From: Balanoglossus misakiensis
Taxonomy: Eukaryota > Animalia > Hemichordata
Direction: 5' to 3'
NCBI GenBank assembly: GCA_040954595.2
Contig: CM082593.2
Coordinates: forward strand, 5,039,434 to 5,103,433
Length of the DNA stretch: 64,000 nt
Below, one piece after another: positions 52,501-64,000 of the stretch. The stretch's first letter is position 1. The number at the start of each line of letters is the position of its first letter. The notes beneath the pieces are model-generated. The model made no database searches, was not told where the DNA came from, and saw only the letters and a list, made by a program, of their open reading frames with translations. The position numbers were made by a program, and so were the translations under genes.

Positions 52501-55500
52501 TGAAAAAAATGAAATGAGAAATAAAACCACGCGAAGAGACTGACTTTCTACTATTCCGTTGGTGCAAGTCGTCAAATGAACAATTACCCACGACAGCCTC
52601 TTTTGGCACAGCGATATGTTAATAGCGGCTTTGTGACAAGTTGAAGAAAGTGACATTCTTCGTCAAATCTCAGGCTTACATCACAGCTTAAGCGAAGACA
52701 TATATGCACGCCTGTACGTCTTGTTGAGGTTCCAAGTACAAGTAAGTCCCGTGAAATATAAGTGATTGCGGTATGTAATCAGCAAAAAGCTCAGATGAGA
52801 GTTTTCTTAAAGTGGTCGATTTTGTATCTTCGCTGCAAACCCTTTTTTAAGAAATTGGAATTTTTACGGGCCCGAAATGTTCCCCGACGGCGTGTTATAT
52901 TGTCAGAGAACCGCTACTCCCATATCGCTGTGCCAAAAGAGGCTGTCGTGGGGAATTGTTCATTTGACGACTTGCACCAACGGAATAGTAGAAAGTCAGT
53001 CTCTTTGCGTGGTTTACATGTATTTCCAATTTCATCTTTTTTTTAAACGGAACTTAGTTTGTTGAACGCATGGATTACATTGAAGTACTTGGAACCTTAA
53101 CAAGACGTACAGGCGTGCATATATGTCTTCGCTTAAGCTATGATGTAAGCCTGAGATTTGACGAAGAATGCCACTTTATTCAACTTGTCAATTTTAATAC
53201 TACTCTTAGGGATTAAAACTGCGAGAAATGCAAAGACTGCACCAGATTCTTATGTTTTGATTAATATTTTCAATCAAGCGTGTGGAGCTTAGATATTCGC
53301 GTCTGTGTAACTAATACGTTTTGGATCGAACTGTAAAAATGTTATTATGGGCCAGGGACATAGAGAAGCAACATATATTTCGATTACCGATGAAAGGTAT
53401 ATATCCATATGTTCGATGGTTCTCGCAAGAGCGCTGGGTGAGTCCCTCAATGAAAATATTGTCGCGTTACTGTGCTCTTGCGTCAGTACGCTTTGAATTC
53501 GGCGCACAACGCATTTTCTAATACTTTATACTTCTCCACGCTGCGAGGACTCATTTACATGTACGAGCGTGTGGGATTCCGATGCGTTTATTCAACGACT
53601 GTTAATAGTGGAGAAGAGATATACGAGACGAATCTCGAGATATTTGAGATTTCTGAGTCCCGTTCTTTTGCAACGTTACTCTCAGCTGAACCAAGGTTAG
53701 ATAACTGCGGCGCGGCGAGTAAACTGTGATTAAGAGTAACGGGAGGATGTGAAAACTAAATTAGTTCACACTATCATAAGCTTTTAATTATGTTCTCTAC
53801 ACGCCGAGTGTAGTGAGAAAGCATTTTATGACCCTTAAGTGCCAATAAAAATACGCTGATTAGAACAATAATATAATACCGGTGACATACACCTTGACTT
53901 CTGTCACAAGAATACTCCATGATTAAGTAATATATTAAAACCTGTCAGTTTTCATTTCCCCGCTGATACCTTGATTGATGACGCCGGACTTTGATGGCGT
54001 AATCAGCTGTCAAGTACTGTATAGAGGATGTGCGTTTGTTTCAAATGTACATTCGAGAGCGGCACTACATCGCTACTACTTTCTACATCAAGGGTCTCCG
54101 TATAATCGAGAGAGATTTCAATGTAACTGCAACATGACGCCTGTAGAGTTCAGGTGGTACGCAGGAGGCTCACACCGACCGCCCATGTGTTAGTCTTTGC
54201 CGCACAGACAGCCTCAGGCTGTGACCCAGACATTCTTTTGAAAGCAGCAGGTGTTGTTCGAATATGCATAATTGCATGCAATCAATTGACACTTAATTCT
54301 CGCCATTTCCCGTCGCTCAGGCGCAACACCTGTGACAACTAAATTACAAATGATCAAATACCTTGCACGTCACAAAGTAAACCTTTTGAACATGATTGCT
54401 CTGTGATTAATAATGTTTCCCTAGTTTACTAATGAAAGAATCGAGAGGTGTCAGATGGGAATTTGACAGTACCTATCGTACAGTACAGTACAGTACAGTA
54501 CAGTACAGTACAGTACAGTACAGTACAGTACAGTACAGTACAGTACAGTACAGTACAGTACAGTACAGTACAGTACAGTACAGTACAGTACAGTACAGTA
54601 CAGTACAGTACAGTACAGTACAGTACAGTACAGTACAGTACAGTACATGTGTCAACACTGTATTTATTATATTCATTTTAATCACGCATGTAATCAATGC
54701 GAGTATATTTACTGAAGTTCAAATGTCGTTTTAGGAACGTACAACCTGCCCCAGTCTGTACGGAAGCAAGGTCGTCAAAGTCGAGATAAACAACAACTAC
54801 ATCTTGACCTGAATTTAGTGTAAGAGCTTTTCTCCAACGCGAGAGCGATCACACGTACACAGATTTTTGCAGAATACAGCAGTGCGCACTTAGCGACAAT
54901 AATTCGATATGAAACAGAACAGCCTTTGGCGTAAGGCGGTGACTTATTTCTTCTGAAAAAAAACTCGCTAATGGAGAAATCGTTTCTGTTTTGCCCTGCG
55001 CGAGCGATAAAATAATCGTACGTTTGAAAAGTAAAATGATACAGATAATGGCATCCGATAGCCGTAGAATTAACTCTTCCATTTCAAGTGGTTAGTATCA
55101 ATCTTCGCATAACGCTTTCCCCAGGCAGCTGTTGAAACCATCATAAATTATTTTTTACTCTTGTAACCTTCCAGGTTAAAATGATACCCGATGTCACATA
55201 CGTTTAAGTACTAATCGGTTTCTCGGCGCACTGTGCTCTATCCCCGCAGAAAAGGGTGTTCCTTTGTCGTTGTGTTGGCGAATCGTGATAAACTAAGATT
55301 AATGATTTGAAAATTCGTGTCACCAGCGACAAAAGGAAGTGAGCGACAGTATGCCTTTGCGCACGCTCTCCCAGATACGGCCAGATTTGGCGGTTTGGCT
55401 ATAATGTTGGCCTGTGTGACTCCGAGGCTCGTCGTCGATGTCACCCGGTTTGGCCGGGCCTGTCGTTGTCAAGCAAGTCTGGAGACGGCCTGTCCCCGGT

Positions 55501-56573
55501 TCTGCAAAAGCCTATTACATGTATCTATGTGACCAGTTGAGCAAATCACGTCACTGTACGTATTCGTCTGTGATCAGGCCTACTAGCATTTGTGTGTAAA
55601 GGATGGCGCCGCTTATGCCGAAAAGCCTGTCGCCAAGAGAATACTTTTAATAGCATGTCACCTAAGATGTTAATTACAGACAGAAAGTGCCAGAAACATA
55701 AATCGTACGCATACCTTTGTTGATGATAATGCAAATAGTGTATACTTACAGTCAGTCTGTCACTGGGTATACCTATGATAAATAGCCCAATTACACGAAT
55801 CTAAGAGTATAACATATTTCGTCGGTCCAAGCGATAAATATCCTCATTAAATGACAGCGGTGCCGTTTTGGGACAAAGATTATTATTACTTTAAAATATC
55901 TTCGCCGAAATGCCAAAGTGAGATTGCGGCTAAAAAGCGCCTCAGGAATGATGAATCTGGCGAAACTTTCTTGAAACGAGGACGGTGGGTGGTGTGAGAC
56001 GAGATAAAAAATGACTCGAAATATAGGCCCATGATATGTTAGAATACCTCGAAACTAGTAAGCTTACAGGTGTAACGCATGTTTTGATATAAAAACGCAT
56101 TTGCAGATGATTACCTGTTGTAGGAATATCACTGTGGGACACATGTTTCCGCCGAAAATCCAATGCCCGTACATGATGGTCGTGAAGGTAAACGGCATAC
56201 AGAATGTGGCTATGGTCAGGTCGGCCAGAGCGAGGTTGATCAAGAAAATGTTCAAGTCCGATTTAGTTCTGCCGAACGAAAGCACAATGAGAACGATTGT
56301 GTTGCCGACGACGGAGAGCACTATGTTGAAACTAAAGGCGCATATCAGAGCTGTTCGCCAGCCGCTCTCCAGCTCTAAGCTGTCCGGCGGCTGCGAATCG
56401 AGCTGGCCGGCGGAGTCCGCTGTCGGCGCGGGGTCGTCGTTCCTCTCCCAGTACCGGCCTTCCTTGGCCGATCGATTCATCATGTACTCGAGTATCTCCG
56501 CGTGGATGCGGTCCCATAGTAACTGCGGCGGCGTGGTGGAGTTCGTGTGGTTGAAGCTCGCGTGTCTCTCCAT
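46570..56573 (-). CDS. Rhodopsin-like (class A) neuropeptide GPCR, tachykinin/RYamide-luqin/NPY-receptor related; 4 coding exons, 441 aa
   Basis: Exons 56573-56115, 49276-48881, 47868-47647, 46818-46570 (all phase 0, 1326 nt). Motifs: TM1 GN, TM2 NLALADL, WIFG..MC, TM3 IDRY, TM5 YFLPL, TM6 FALCWLPLH, TM7 WLAMSNSFMNPVIY, helix 8 NDSFR. N-glycosylation sequons NHT and NST in the N-terminus. The ligand class cannot be fixed from sequence alone. Confidence 0.92.
48661..48850. repeat. Compound pentanucleotide microsatellite (CACAA)20(CACAG)11(CACGA)6
   Basis: Counted directly. It lies in GPCR intron 2, about 30 nt from the donor at 48880. Confidence 0.98.
52460..53190. repeat. Inverted duplication of ~285 bp with circularly permuted arms (52460-52739 and 52900-53190)
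   Basis: 52460-52639 matches the reverse complement of 52900-53086, and 52634-52739 matches the reverse complement of 53085-53190. Long exact runs, e.g. gagactgactttctactattccgttggtgcaagtcgtcaaatgaacaatt. Confidence 0.92.
54481..54645. repeat. Perfect pentanucleotide microsatellite (CAGTA)33
   Basis: Counted directly, in GPCR intron 1. It explains the YSTVQ and VLYCT pseudo-ORFs. Confidence 0.98.
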
Positions 56574-59500
56574 GCTTGTGTGGTACGACTGCTGTGCACA
56601 GCGGATTTCAGCGACTGTCCCCAGATTGAGCGCACACTGTCATGTCAACATCCTCCGTTGAAGGCTGATAAAAAATCCTTCTTTTCAGTCGATAAATAAA
56701 AATAGCCGAACGTTTTCCAAATTTTGCTGTGACCCAATCGTCGGCATCTGTAAAAGAAAAAGCTAACACTATACAATGAGGCAGTATAGCTAGGAAATAT
56801 ATATGCGGGGCTATACCATCAATGCACTGTCACGTGGCTGGAGACGTTATTCGATTGGACAGCCCAGTTTGTGAATAATCTGCCATCGTCATCCAGCTGA
56901 AATATGCGTACGTCTCCTATTGTTTCATAGCTGGCTTCCTAGTATTAACATCAGCATAAATCTCGTAATACACGTATATAGCCACCGTTTTGCTGGTGCA
57001 ACGAGCTTTACATACAGAGGTATATGTCCTATAGTTCTATTCAGGAGATGGGCATCCAATTATTTTGCGTATTGTGTTAAAGAGACCAGAATATGTGAGC
57101 TCTCTTTGTTCCCGTCTCATTAAAATAGACTCTCGTCATTTGTAAATGTGTTCAAATCTCTCTGGCGGAAGCATTCAGGTGTTAGTTCCAACCCATGCAC
57201 GCGCCGTGAGCTATTATCCATGGCAACCAGTCACGTGGCATGTTTCGTTGACCAAAACCAGGTATAGTTACTCGTACTAATAAAAAGCAAAGGAGATTTC
57301 ACCAGTTACACAATCACTGCTGCACATTTCTTGTGTTTGGCGATTTCCATCTCTACTTTCCCTTCCAATCCATAATTGCCCGAGGGATAATCTGGCGCAG
57401 TTATCGCTACCGGTACAATTGAATTGAAATTGGCTTTGGTGAGCGTGATTCTGAGCAAACACACACTTGGTAATGTTGTCTCTAAGATTACGTCTATGAT
57501 AAAGAAACATGCAAATATACCCGCAGGCCAGGTTAGTCAACTAAACATCCATTTCATCAATTTGTTCTCTTTGTTTAGGCAAAATTCATTTGGGTGCCAC
57601 CCATAAGTTCACGTACAGTGTACACCTGCTGACGCAATCAACTTGTGAATAGCTTTCTTGATATCAAGCGTTTCATTTCAGTGCCAATCAACTAAAACAA
57701 TCTACTTCGATGAAAACTGTCCTCTTTTTTGCGGTTTCCTATTAAATTTCCTCAGTCGCTTGTACAAATAGCTGCGAAGTCGGATTTTCACATTGGGCAC
57801 GCGAACAATGCGTTAACGCCGAAAAAAATGGCGGAGCGGTCTAGATATGTGAGTTAGCTTCTGACAGGCGAATATCCCCCAGGTAAACAGACGACGCATC
57901 TATTTGCTTTGAAGGGATGGCCGCTTCTGAAACACTTAGCGAAACACCAGCGCAGACTTGAGCTCCGGATTATCGACATACATGTATTTAGTATCACTTT
58001 CCTTCATGAAGGAGATGGTCCCCGTCGCACGCATTGCGAGTATCGATCCGAAATTTGTAATCAAACGGTGCATATTGTCATCACCAATATTTCATGTACA
58101 TTTGGTAGAAATCTATATTCAGCTGATATATGTTGCGATGTTACCACTCTGAACTCCCGAAATTCAATGAGAACTGAAGGTTTAATCCTTTTAAACACCC
58201 ATATTTCCACTTTAATTAACGAATTATTTGGTGACGTGAGATGCTAATTTGATACCTGATAGTTCCTTCGATATGAGGTCCATAAATGACTCGGTGATAA
58301 AAAAAGTCCACAAAGGAGTGTTTAATGTAACGACCTGTGTTCAACAACTACGGGCGCGTAATGTGCGTTAAATAAACCCTAAAAACCATTATGGCAATGT
58401 CACAATTCATATAATATACGATCTCTGTGGTATGAACAACACGTAATGTAGATGTCAAACGTCAAATGTCAAACGTGCTGATGTATTCCGGCATGCTGCC
58501 ATGTGCAGACTTGTCAAATATGCAAATGAATCAGTTGAAACAAGCCTCGCCGTTAAGGCTGGTTTGGGTCTCGTGCGGGGAAGAGAGGGGCTTTGCTAAT
58601 GTTCCTGTACGGACATGAACAACTTGAGTGCCCTCCCCCTGCTGATGATGTCATAAATGCCATATTTAAGAGTTTGGACTTGAGTTTATCTTCGAGGATG
58701 TTAAGTATACGCATCCTTTAAACATTTAACATTTTTTTAAAATTAACCGGATTTGCGGAATGCGCTTAAGTGAGTCACGGAATCGAGAGGAACAGGTTTG
58801 GCACTCAGTGTCACTTGGGTTGGGTTTGATAGACGTTAAGTTGATTCACAGATGGATCCCAGCGCTGACTTGTGTTGAGGTCGCATCAGATGGAACTTAT
58901 ATAGGTCATGGTTTAAGTATAATCACAGCGAAGCACTTGAAAGAACGCCATTGGGACAGAAATCGAGATCCCAGTCAAAGACAGAGTCTCAGAAGTCAAA
59001 GACTGTGGAGATTTTTCTTCCACGAGCATTATCCCACAAGGGATTGGCGAACATCAAAACACAGGAAGTTAGAGAAGCAATAGGCACGTCACAGCAGTAG
59101 TCCAATTTTTTTTCTACGTTCAGACATCACAGCTACTGTAAGCGGCTCTACCTGAGCTGTCATTTATTATTGAGCGGGAGGGCCGGAGGACTCGGCGGAG
59201 GGCCATATCTTGCATGCACGCTTGGCCAAACCCAGATTTCCTCCGAGCCACCCCTTCATAATAAATGAAAGCTCCCTAAAACACAAACCATTGACCCTTG
59301 GAACTTCAGAATCATAAACTAATAATTTATCGACTCCTTTAGGTGCATTTTCAGTAACAAAGATGATATGACGCGAGAGAAAAGGTGACTGGGCACAAAC
59401 GTCATTCGGGGTACGTATCTTTGCTCGGCAAATTTTCTGTGTGTGTGTGCGAGGAAAATTACTCAAGACTGCCACGCACGAGAAAGAAATAGTCGAGCAA

Positions 59501-60561
59501 AGTTCCTGGAATGACGTTTTTGTTCGGCTAATTTCTCTTGTGTTGCATGTGGAGGCCTTAATAGTTTGGCTGTTATTTGACAATAGCAGCTGATTATTGA
59601 GACATAACTTCACCGAGATATTTCACCACAAATCGGCTAATTAAATAAACCAAATCCGATTCTGTCTTGCCATGCCTGATCATCAATGTTAATTGGGCCG
59701 TTGCCGGTTCGAATCTAAATTTCTTGTCTGCCGTTCATTGAATCAAACCGATCGGAAAACAACACAGAGAGTCTGATTGCCAGATTAAGAGCTTACCCTG
59801 TTGGGCAGGGGGGTTACATTGTAGGAAACAACTTAAGCGAAATAAACGAGGCGATGTGCGGTGGGAAGCATCGCAGATATAAAGAAATATGACAAAACTA
59901 GCAGCGCAAACAACGCAAGATGGAGACTGAACAATAATTCATTTTGACTGATACACATAATACGATTTACGATCTGATTCAAATGGTGAATCGCAGTTAA
60001 CACTTAACGCTGGCAAGAGCATGGCGAAACCATGAAAATGGCCTTTCGGTACAATTAAATTCGCTTATTCGAACAGGATGATAAATTAAGCTTTCGCGCG
60101 ATACACTATTCGTGACTAACTTACAAATCTCTCAGTAGACGACAGTTAATATTTTCGTTAACTTTTAGTTCCAGTAAGGACTATTCTCGTGAGTGCTTCG
60201 CCTTTCTGTTCCTAGACAGGAAAAGTTCAAACCACGTACATTGTACTTCGGAGTTTCCTTGGATCCGACTGATCTACTAAAGGGCGTCCGACTGACAAAC
60301 CCACACGTCCATTACTAACATGCCGCGGGGGTGCGTTGGTATAAATTCAATCGGACGTCCACTCCCCCCACTTAAGATGTACCATCTGGATCTTAAGGGT
60401 TAGGGGTGACTGGGTTTGGAATAGGAAGTTGTTTGGACGCGCATGAAAGGTCTCTTCATCAAGGGGAAAATTTGCACATTGATTTCCTTTGCAATTTTGA
60501 CTGGCGTCGAATTTATCTTGGTCGGTTCCGAGGGGATACAATTGGGACTTCATTCAAAAAT

Positions 60562-60690
60562 AGTCTGTCTGTCTGCATGTCTGTCCAACCAACCATCGAT
60601 CGATCCGTTCATCAATCCATCCACATCCATCCATCCATCCATCCATCAATCCATCCATCCATCCATCTCTCTCTCTCTCTCTCTCTCTCT
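60562..60690. repeat. Mixed simple repeats (GTCT)n, (CCAT)n, (CT)n
   Basis: Seen directly. Confidence 0.85.
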
Positions 60691-63534
60691 TATAAAAGCT
60701 CACACTGACAAGAGCAACGAACACTAAGTACATTCACATAAATTTACGTCATATTTCTCCAGTGCACTGCTGAACTACTGGGGGCGCGCTTTTACAGGGC
60801 GTGGCAAGCACACACAAAAAAACAAGAGGGTGTTTCACTATCGTAGTTGGGGACGCACTTTCTCTCGTGAAACAGACAAAGTACAGTCATCCTTTGAAAG
60901 AGCCAATGTCAATGCTTCATCAAGAATAGATTTTTTTCCATTGAAATATATTTAAAGTACTTTGTATGATTCGTTTGGTTATGGACCAACATCAGAAACA
61001 ATCGAAACATTGAAAGCACTGACAACATCCAGGACCATGATCTTCATTTACAGTACAGAAATTGCAGGTTCTTCACTTTCCTGGGCTTTGTCAGAAAGAC
61101 AGGCAGAGCCAAGAAAGTAGGACAGATTCAACATGGCATGTAGTTGTCCCCATTGATTTGTGGATACATTTTTGTGTATTCCCAATTATATATTCAAGAC
61201 ACTGGATACATTTTATAGCATGTATTACTGTGCTCACAACTTATTTGTATTGTACCTTAGCAAATCACTTTTGGATTCTTATATACTAGTGTTGCACTCA
61301 TTCATAATTTGTGTTCAAGGTACATGTACTTCACAATTCTTAGTGTTGCTATGATCCCTGGTTACTGAATCCGAGGAGCAAACAACAGCTCACTTTAATG
61401 CAGCTATTCAGTTGAACACATCACACACCACAAACCTCTGCCTTACCCAGTACACCATTACTCCTGTGCTTTGCTCATGCACACAACACAGTCCATACTC
61501 CATGCTAGAACCCTCCATTGTGAATCCACTACTCCGCATTCACTAGACCATGATTCCTCCACTCCAGACTGATATCGCTATATGTGTCTAAGACCTGCAA
61601 CCCTCTTAACACCATGGTTCAGTCCAAACCCATTGTTTTCTATGGTACGGTTGGACCTCTAGAGAGGGAAATGGGGGGTGAAAGGGTTAAGGTTTTATAG
61701 TACACACCTCAAAAATCAAAGTCCAAAACTTTTTTCTCAGTTTCTCAGAAGTGTTGGTATTATTAAACTTACCAATCACAGTGAGCACACAGTGCATTGT
61801 ACAGGCTACATACATTCTCGTATCTCTGTCATATATGATTTATGAGATGACTATAACCTTTGCTTAGACTATTCATGACGAGTAGTTTTTTTTTCTGACG
61901 GCTACCATTATCTTTATTGAACCTTGACTCACATATCAAAGGTTTGTCCAATTATATTTATGCATCAGAATAACGATCGTGGAAGTATAAATAAATGTAA
62001 ATGTAATTTTTTGCCTCAGGTAATTTGAAAATGTGGATTGGCGCTAATGCACATGATATGGTTATAGTAAATGATGGGTGGTAGAAGAAAATGTTTCAAA
62101 TGCAGTATGTGTTCAAACTGTCATTGTTGACAAAACTATATTATTGCGTGGGTTGGGTAATGCCTAACCTAGGGATTGCACGAATGATTCCTTATACTTT
62201 AAAGCAGTCCCAGACAGTCATCCATACCTAAGAACCTGGAATTTAATGGCAACAAATTTAACCATGTGATATTCATGTAAGAAACAGGACTCATGTAAAG
62301 GAAAAGCACCAGTCCCTTTCAAATACAGGAGTCCAGGAAGCAAAATACAGGACCTTTGTCTAACCCTGATTGTTGACCTTTGTGATTGCGACATGTCATA
62401 AGGTTGGTACTCAAGCCAAATAACATTATTGCCTGTAGTTTGGTAGTTTGGGCATTTAAATTGACAAACAGTTGAATAGTGACTTTTCTGATCACGGGGT
62501 TAGACGGTAAAAATTAGTTTATTTAAAATAATCTGGATACCAGTGTACAGCCAGGTGGTCTTAATATCATACTTTATTGATGCTAAATGCTTTAAAAATT
62601 GAGCTTTTGCCAAAGCAGTGTGGATTCACTGAAACAAGTGTTAATGGAGTGTGAAGTGTCTGAGGTACCCAGGGGGTAACCGTCTCAGAACCATTGTCAT
62701 ACCTGCCAATTGTTGATGAGGAATGATAGTAGTGCAATGTGACAGGTAAAGTTGTATGAAGGAGGACACCCCCTCCCCTCCTCACATATACTGTGCATGA
62801 GCCATCTGATCACTGGTGAAATGAAATATGACAACGGTGAATGTATTGACTCTTTTATAAGAGACAATTTTCAAGGCAAAGTTCACTGACATGTAGTCAT
62901 CATAATAAGCTAAAATTGCAAATAATCTCAAGGTCTAGGGAGTTAAACTTAAACATATTCGCATAGCAACGCCTGGAGTCACATTTCAACACAACAGTTT
63001 GACAGAAATGCGTAGTGAAATCCCTACATACAGTTCACCAATGTGATTGGCTCTCCACGACATAATAATACGCAATCTTACTTGTTTTGGTCAAAACTCT
63101 TGTTTATTCATGATAATGGCTTAAAGATTGGCATATTCCTAACAACAACACACCTTATACATTTCAAAATCACTATAATTACGAATGTACACACGGCGGA
63201 CTTGTTGTTCACTATCACTAGACACTACATAGTAAAACGTGTGTGTACTATGATGATCGTACACAGAAATCTGGCATAGAAATGCGTCATTTCTCACTTT
63301 TTCGGGAGAAAAAAATAATTCCAATCCACGTCGGGCGCAAATAAACGTACAAGAAGTCTTCTCGCGTGAAAAGTGAAGAAGGTTGTGTTCAATGGTTTAC
63401 AGGTAGAATTTGTACAACTTACAACCCTGCCGGTGAATGAGATTCCTGCACCAGCTGTTCAGCCATTGATGTTGTGTACAAATTAATTCTCGGTAAAATT
63501 CGGCAAGATACGAGTATTCATGAGGCCATTTACC

Positions 63535-63650
63535 AAATGCTGATTGGGTTATTTGAAAGCGCACGCAATGTTGATTGGACAGCCTTGATCACGTGCCTCC
63601 GAATTCTATAAAATTATCGTTAGCATATTGGCGGGCATCAGTTGTCTATT
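63535..63650 (+). promoter_or_regulatory. H2A.Z core and proximal promoter
   Basis: Inverted CCAAT boxes (ATTGG) at 63543 and 63574, TTTGAA at 63552, E-box CACGTG at 63590, TATAAAA at 63607 and Inr-like TCAGTT at 63638, 31 nt after the TATA start and just upstream of the ATG. Confidence 0.75.
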
Positions 63651-63673
63651 AGCGTCACCTCTAGCATCCCAAA

Positions 63674-63919
63674 ATGGTGAGCGTCTGTCTAAATCCCGTC
63701 GAATTTACCGCAATATTTTTCCATCCACCGATTTTTCCAGTGTTATATGTTACTACTGCAGCTTATGTATATACCAACAGTAATGTTATGTGGAATTCAC
63801 GTTTATTTAAGTAATGTTGTGCTTTTGTTTATGTTCTACAGGCAGGCGGCAAAGCTGGTAAGGATTCCGGTAAAGCAAAGGCGAAAGCAGTATCTCGTTC
63901 GTCAAGAGCAGGGCTTCAG
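63674..63919 (+). CDS. H2A.Z: Histone H2A.Z (H2A.V), first two coding exons; gene continues beyond the window
   Basis: ATG at 63674-63676 followed directly by gtgagc, an intron ending ttctacag, then exon 63842-63919 = AGGKAGKDSGKAKAKAVSRSSRAGLQ followed by a gt donor. This is the diagnostic H2A.Z N-terminus with the characteristic ATG-only first coding exon. Confidence 0.97.
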
Positions 63920-64000
63920 GTACATTGTAAAATTAACTGAAACCTTTACGCAAGCAATTCTGACAGTTCTGTATATTTCTGTTGCTATCCCGCTAACGCA

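Noticed and set aside
56101-56661. Long antisense ORFs over the first GPCR exon (similar ones over aminopeptidase exon 1 and the last death-fold exon)
   Set aside because: Shadow ORFs of GC-rich coding exons.
62355-62505. Short inverted pair gtctaaccc / gggttagac suggesting MITE termini
   Set aside because: Only about 9 bp of complementarity and no clear target-site duplication.

Overview
This is eukaryotic genomic DNA, about 40% GC with GT-AG introns, from a bilaterian animal (probably a marine invertebrate; the species cannot be read from the sequence). Four protein-coding genes can be built by hand: (1) a complete 20-exon M1 zinc aminopeptidase of the glutamyl-aminopeptidase/ENPEP type (- strand, 29753..20749, 965 aa), which has GATEH in place of the GAMEN motif; (2) a 5-exon death-fold adaptor with CARD + coiled coil + two death domains + acidic tail (+ strand, 31914..35360, 452 aa); (3) a 4-coding-exon class A neuropeptide GPCR of the tachykinin/RYamide-luqin/NPY receptor group (- strand, 56573..46570, 441 aa); (4) the 5' end of histone H2A.Z (+ strand, from 63674, cut by the window edge). 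Also present are an orphan, diverged copy of the aminopeptidase last exon just upstream of that gene, a decayed RTE-type LINE, several micro- and minisatellites, and a circularly permuted inverted duplication. The first ~20 kb has no recognisable coding sequence and is rich in TAATCC (K50 homeodomain) sites. The most interesting points are a candidate dual-reading-frame exon in the death-fold gene, the orphan exon, the permuted duplication, transposon-footprint-like palindromes, and a possible Pitx-ENPEP regulatory landscape. All gene models come from manual reading, with no transcript or database support.
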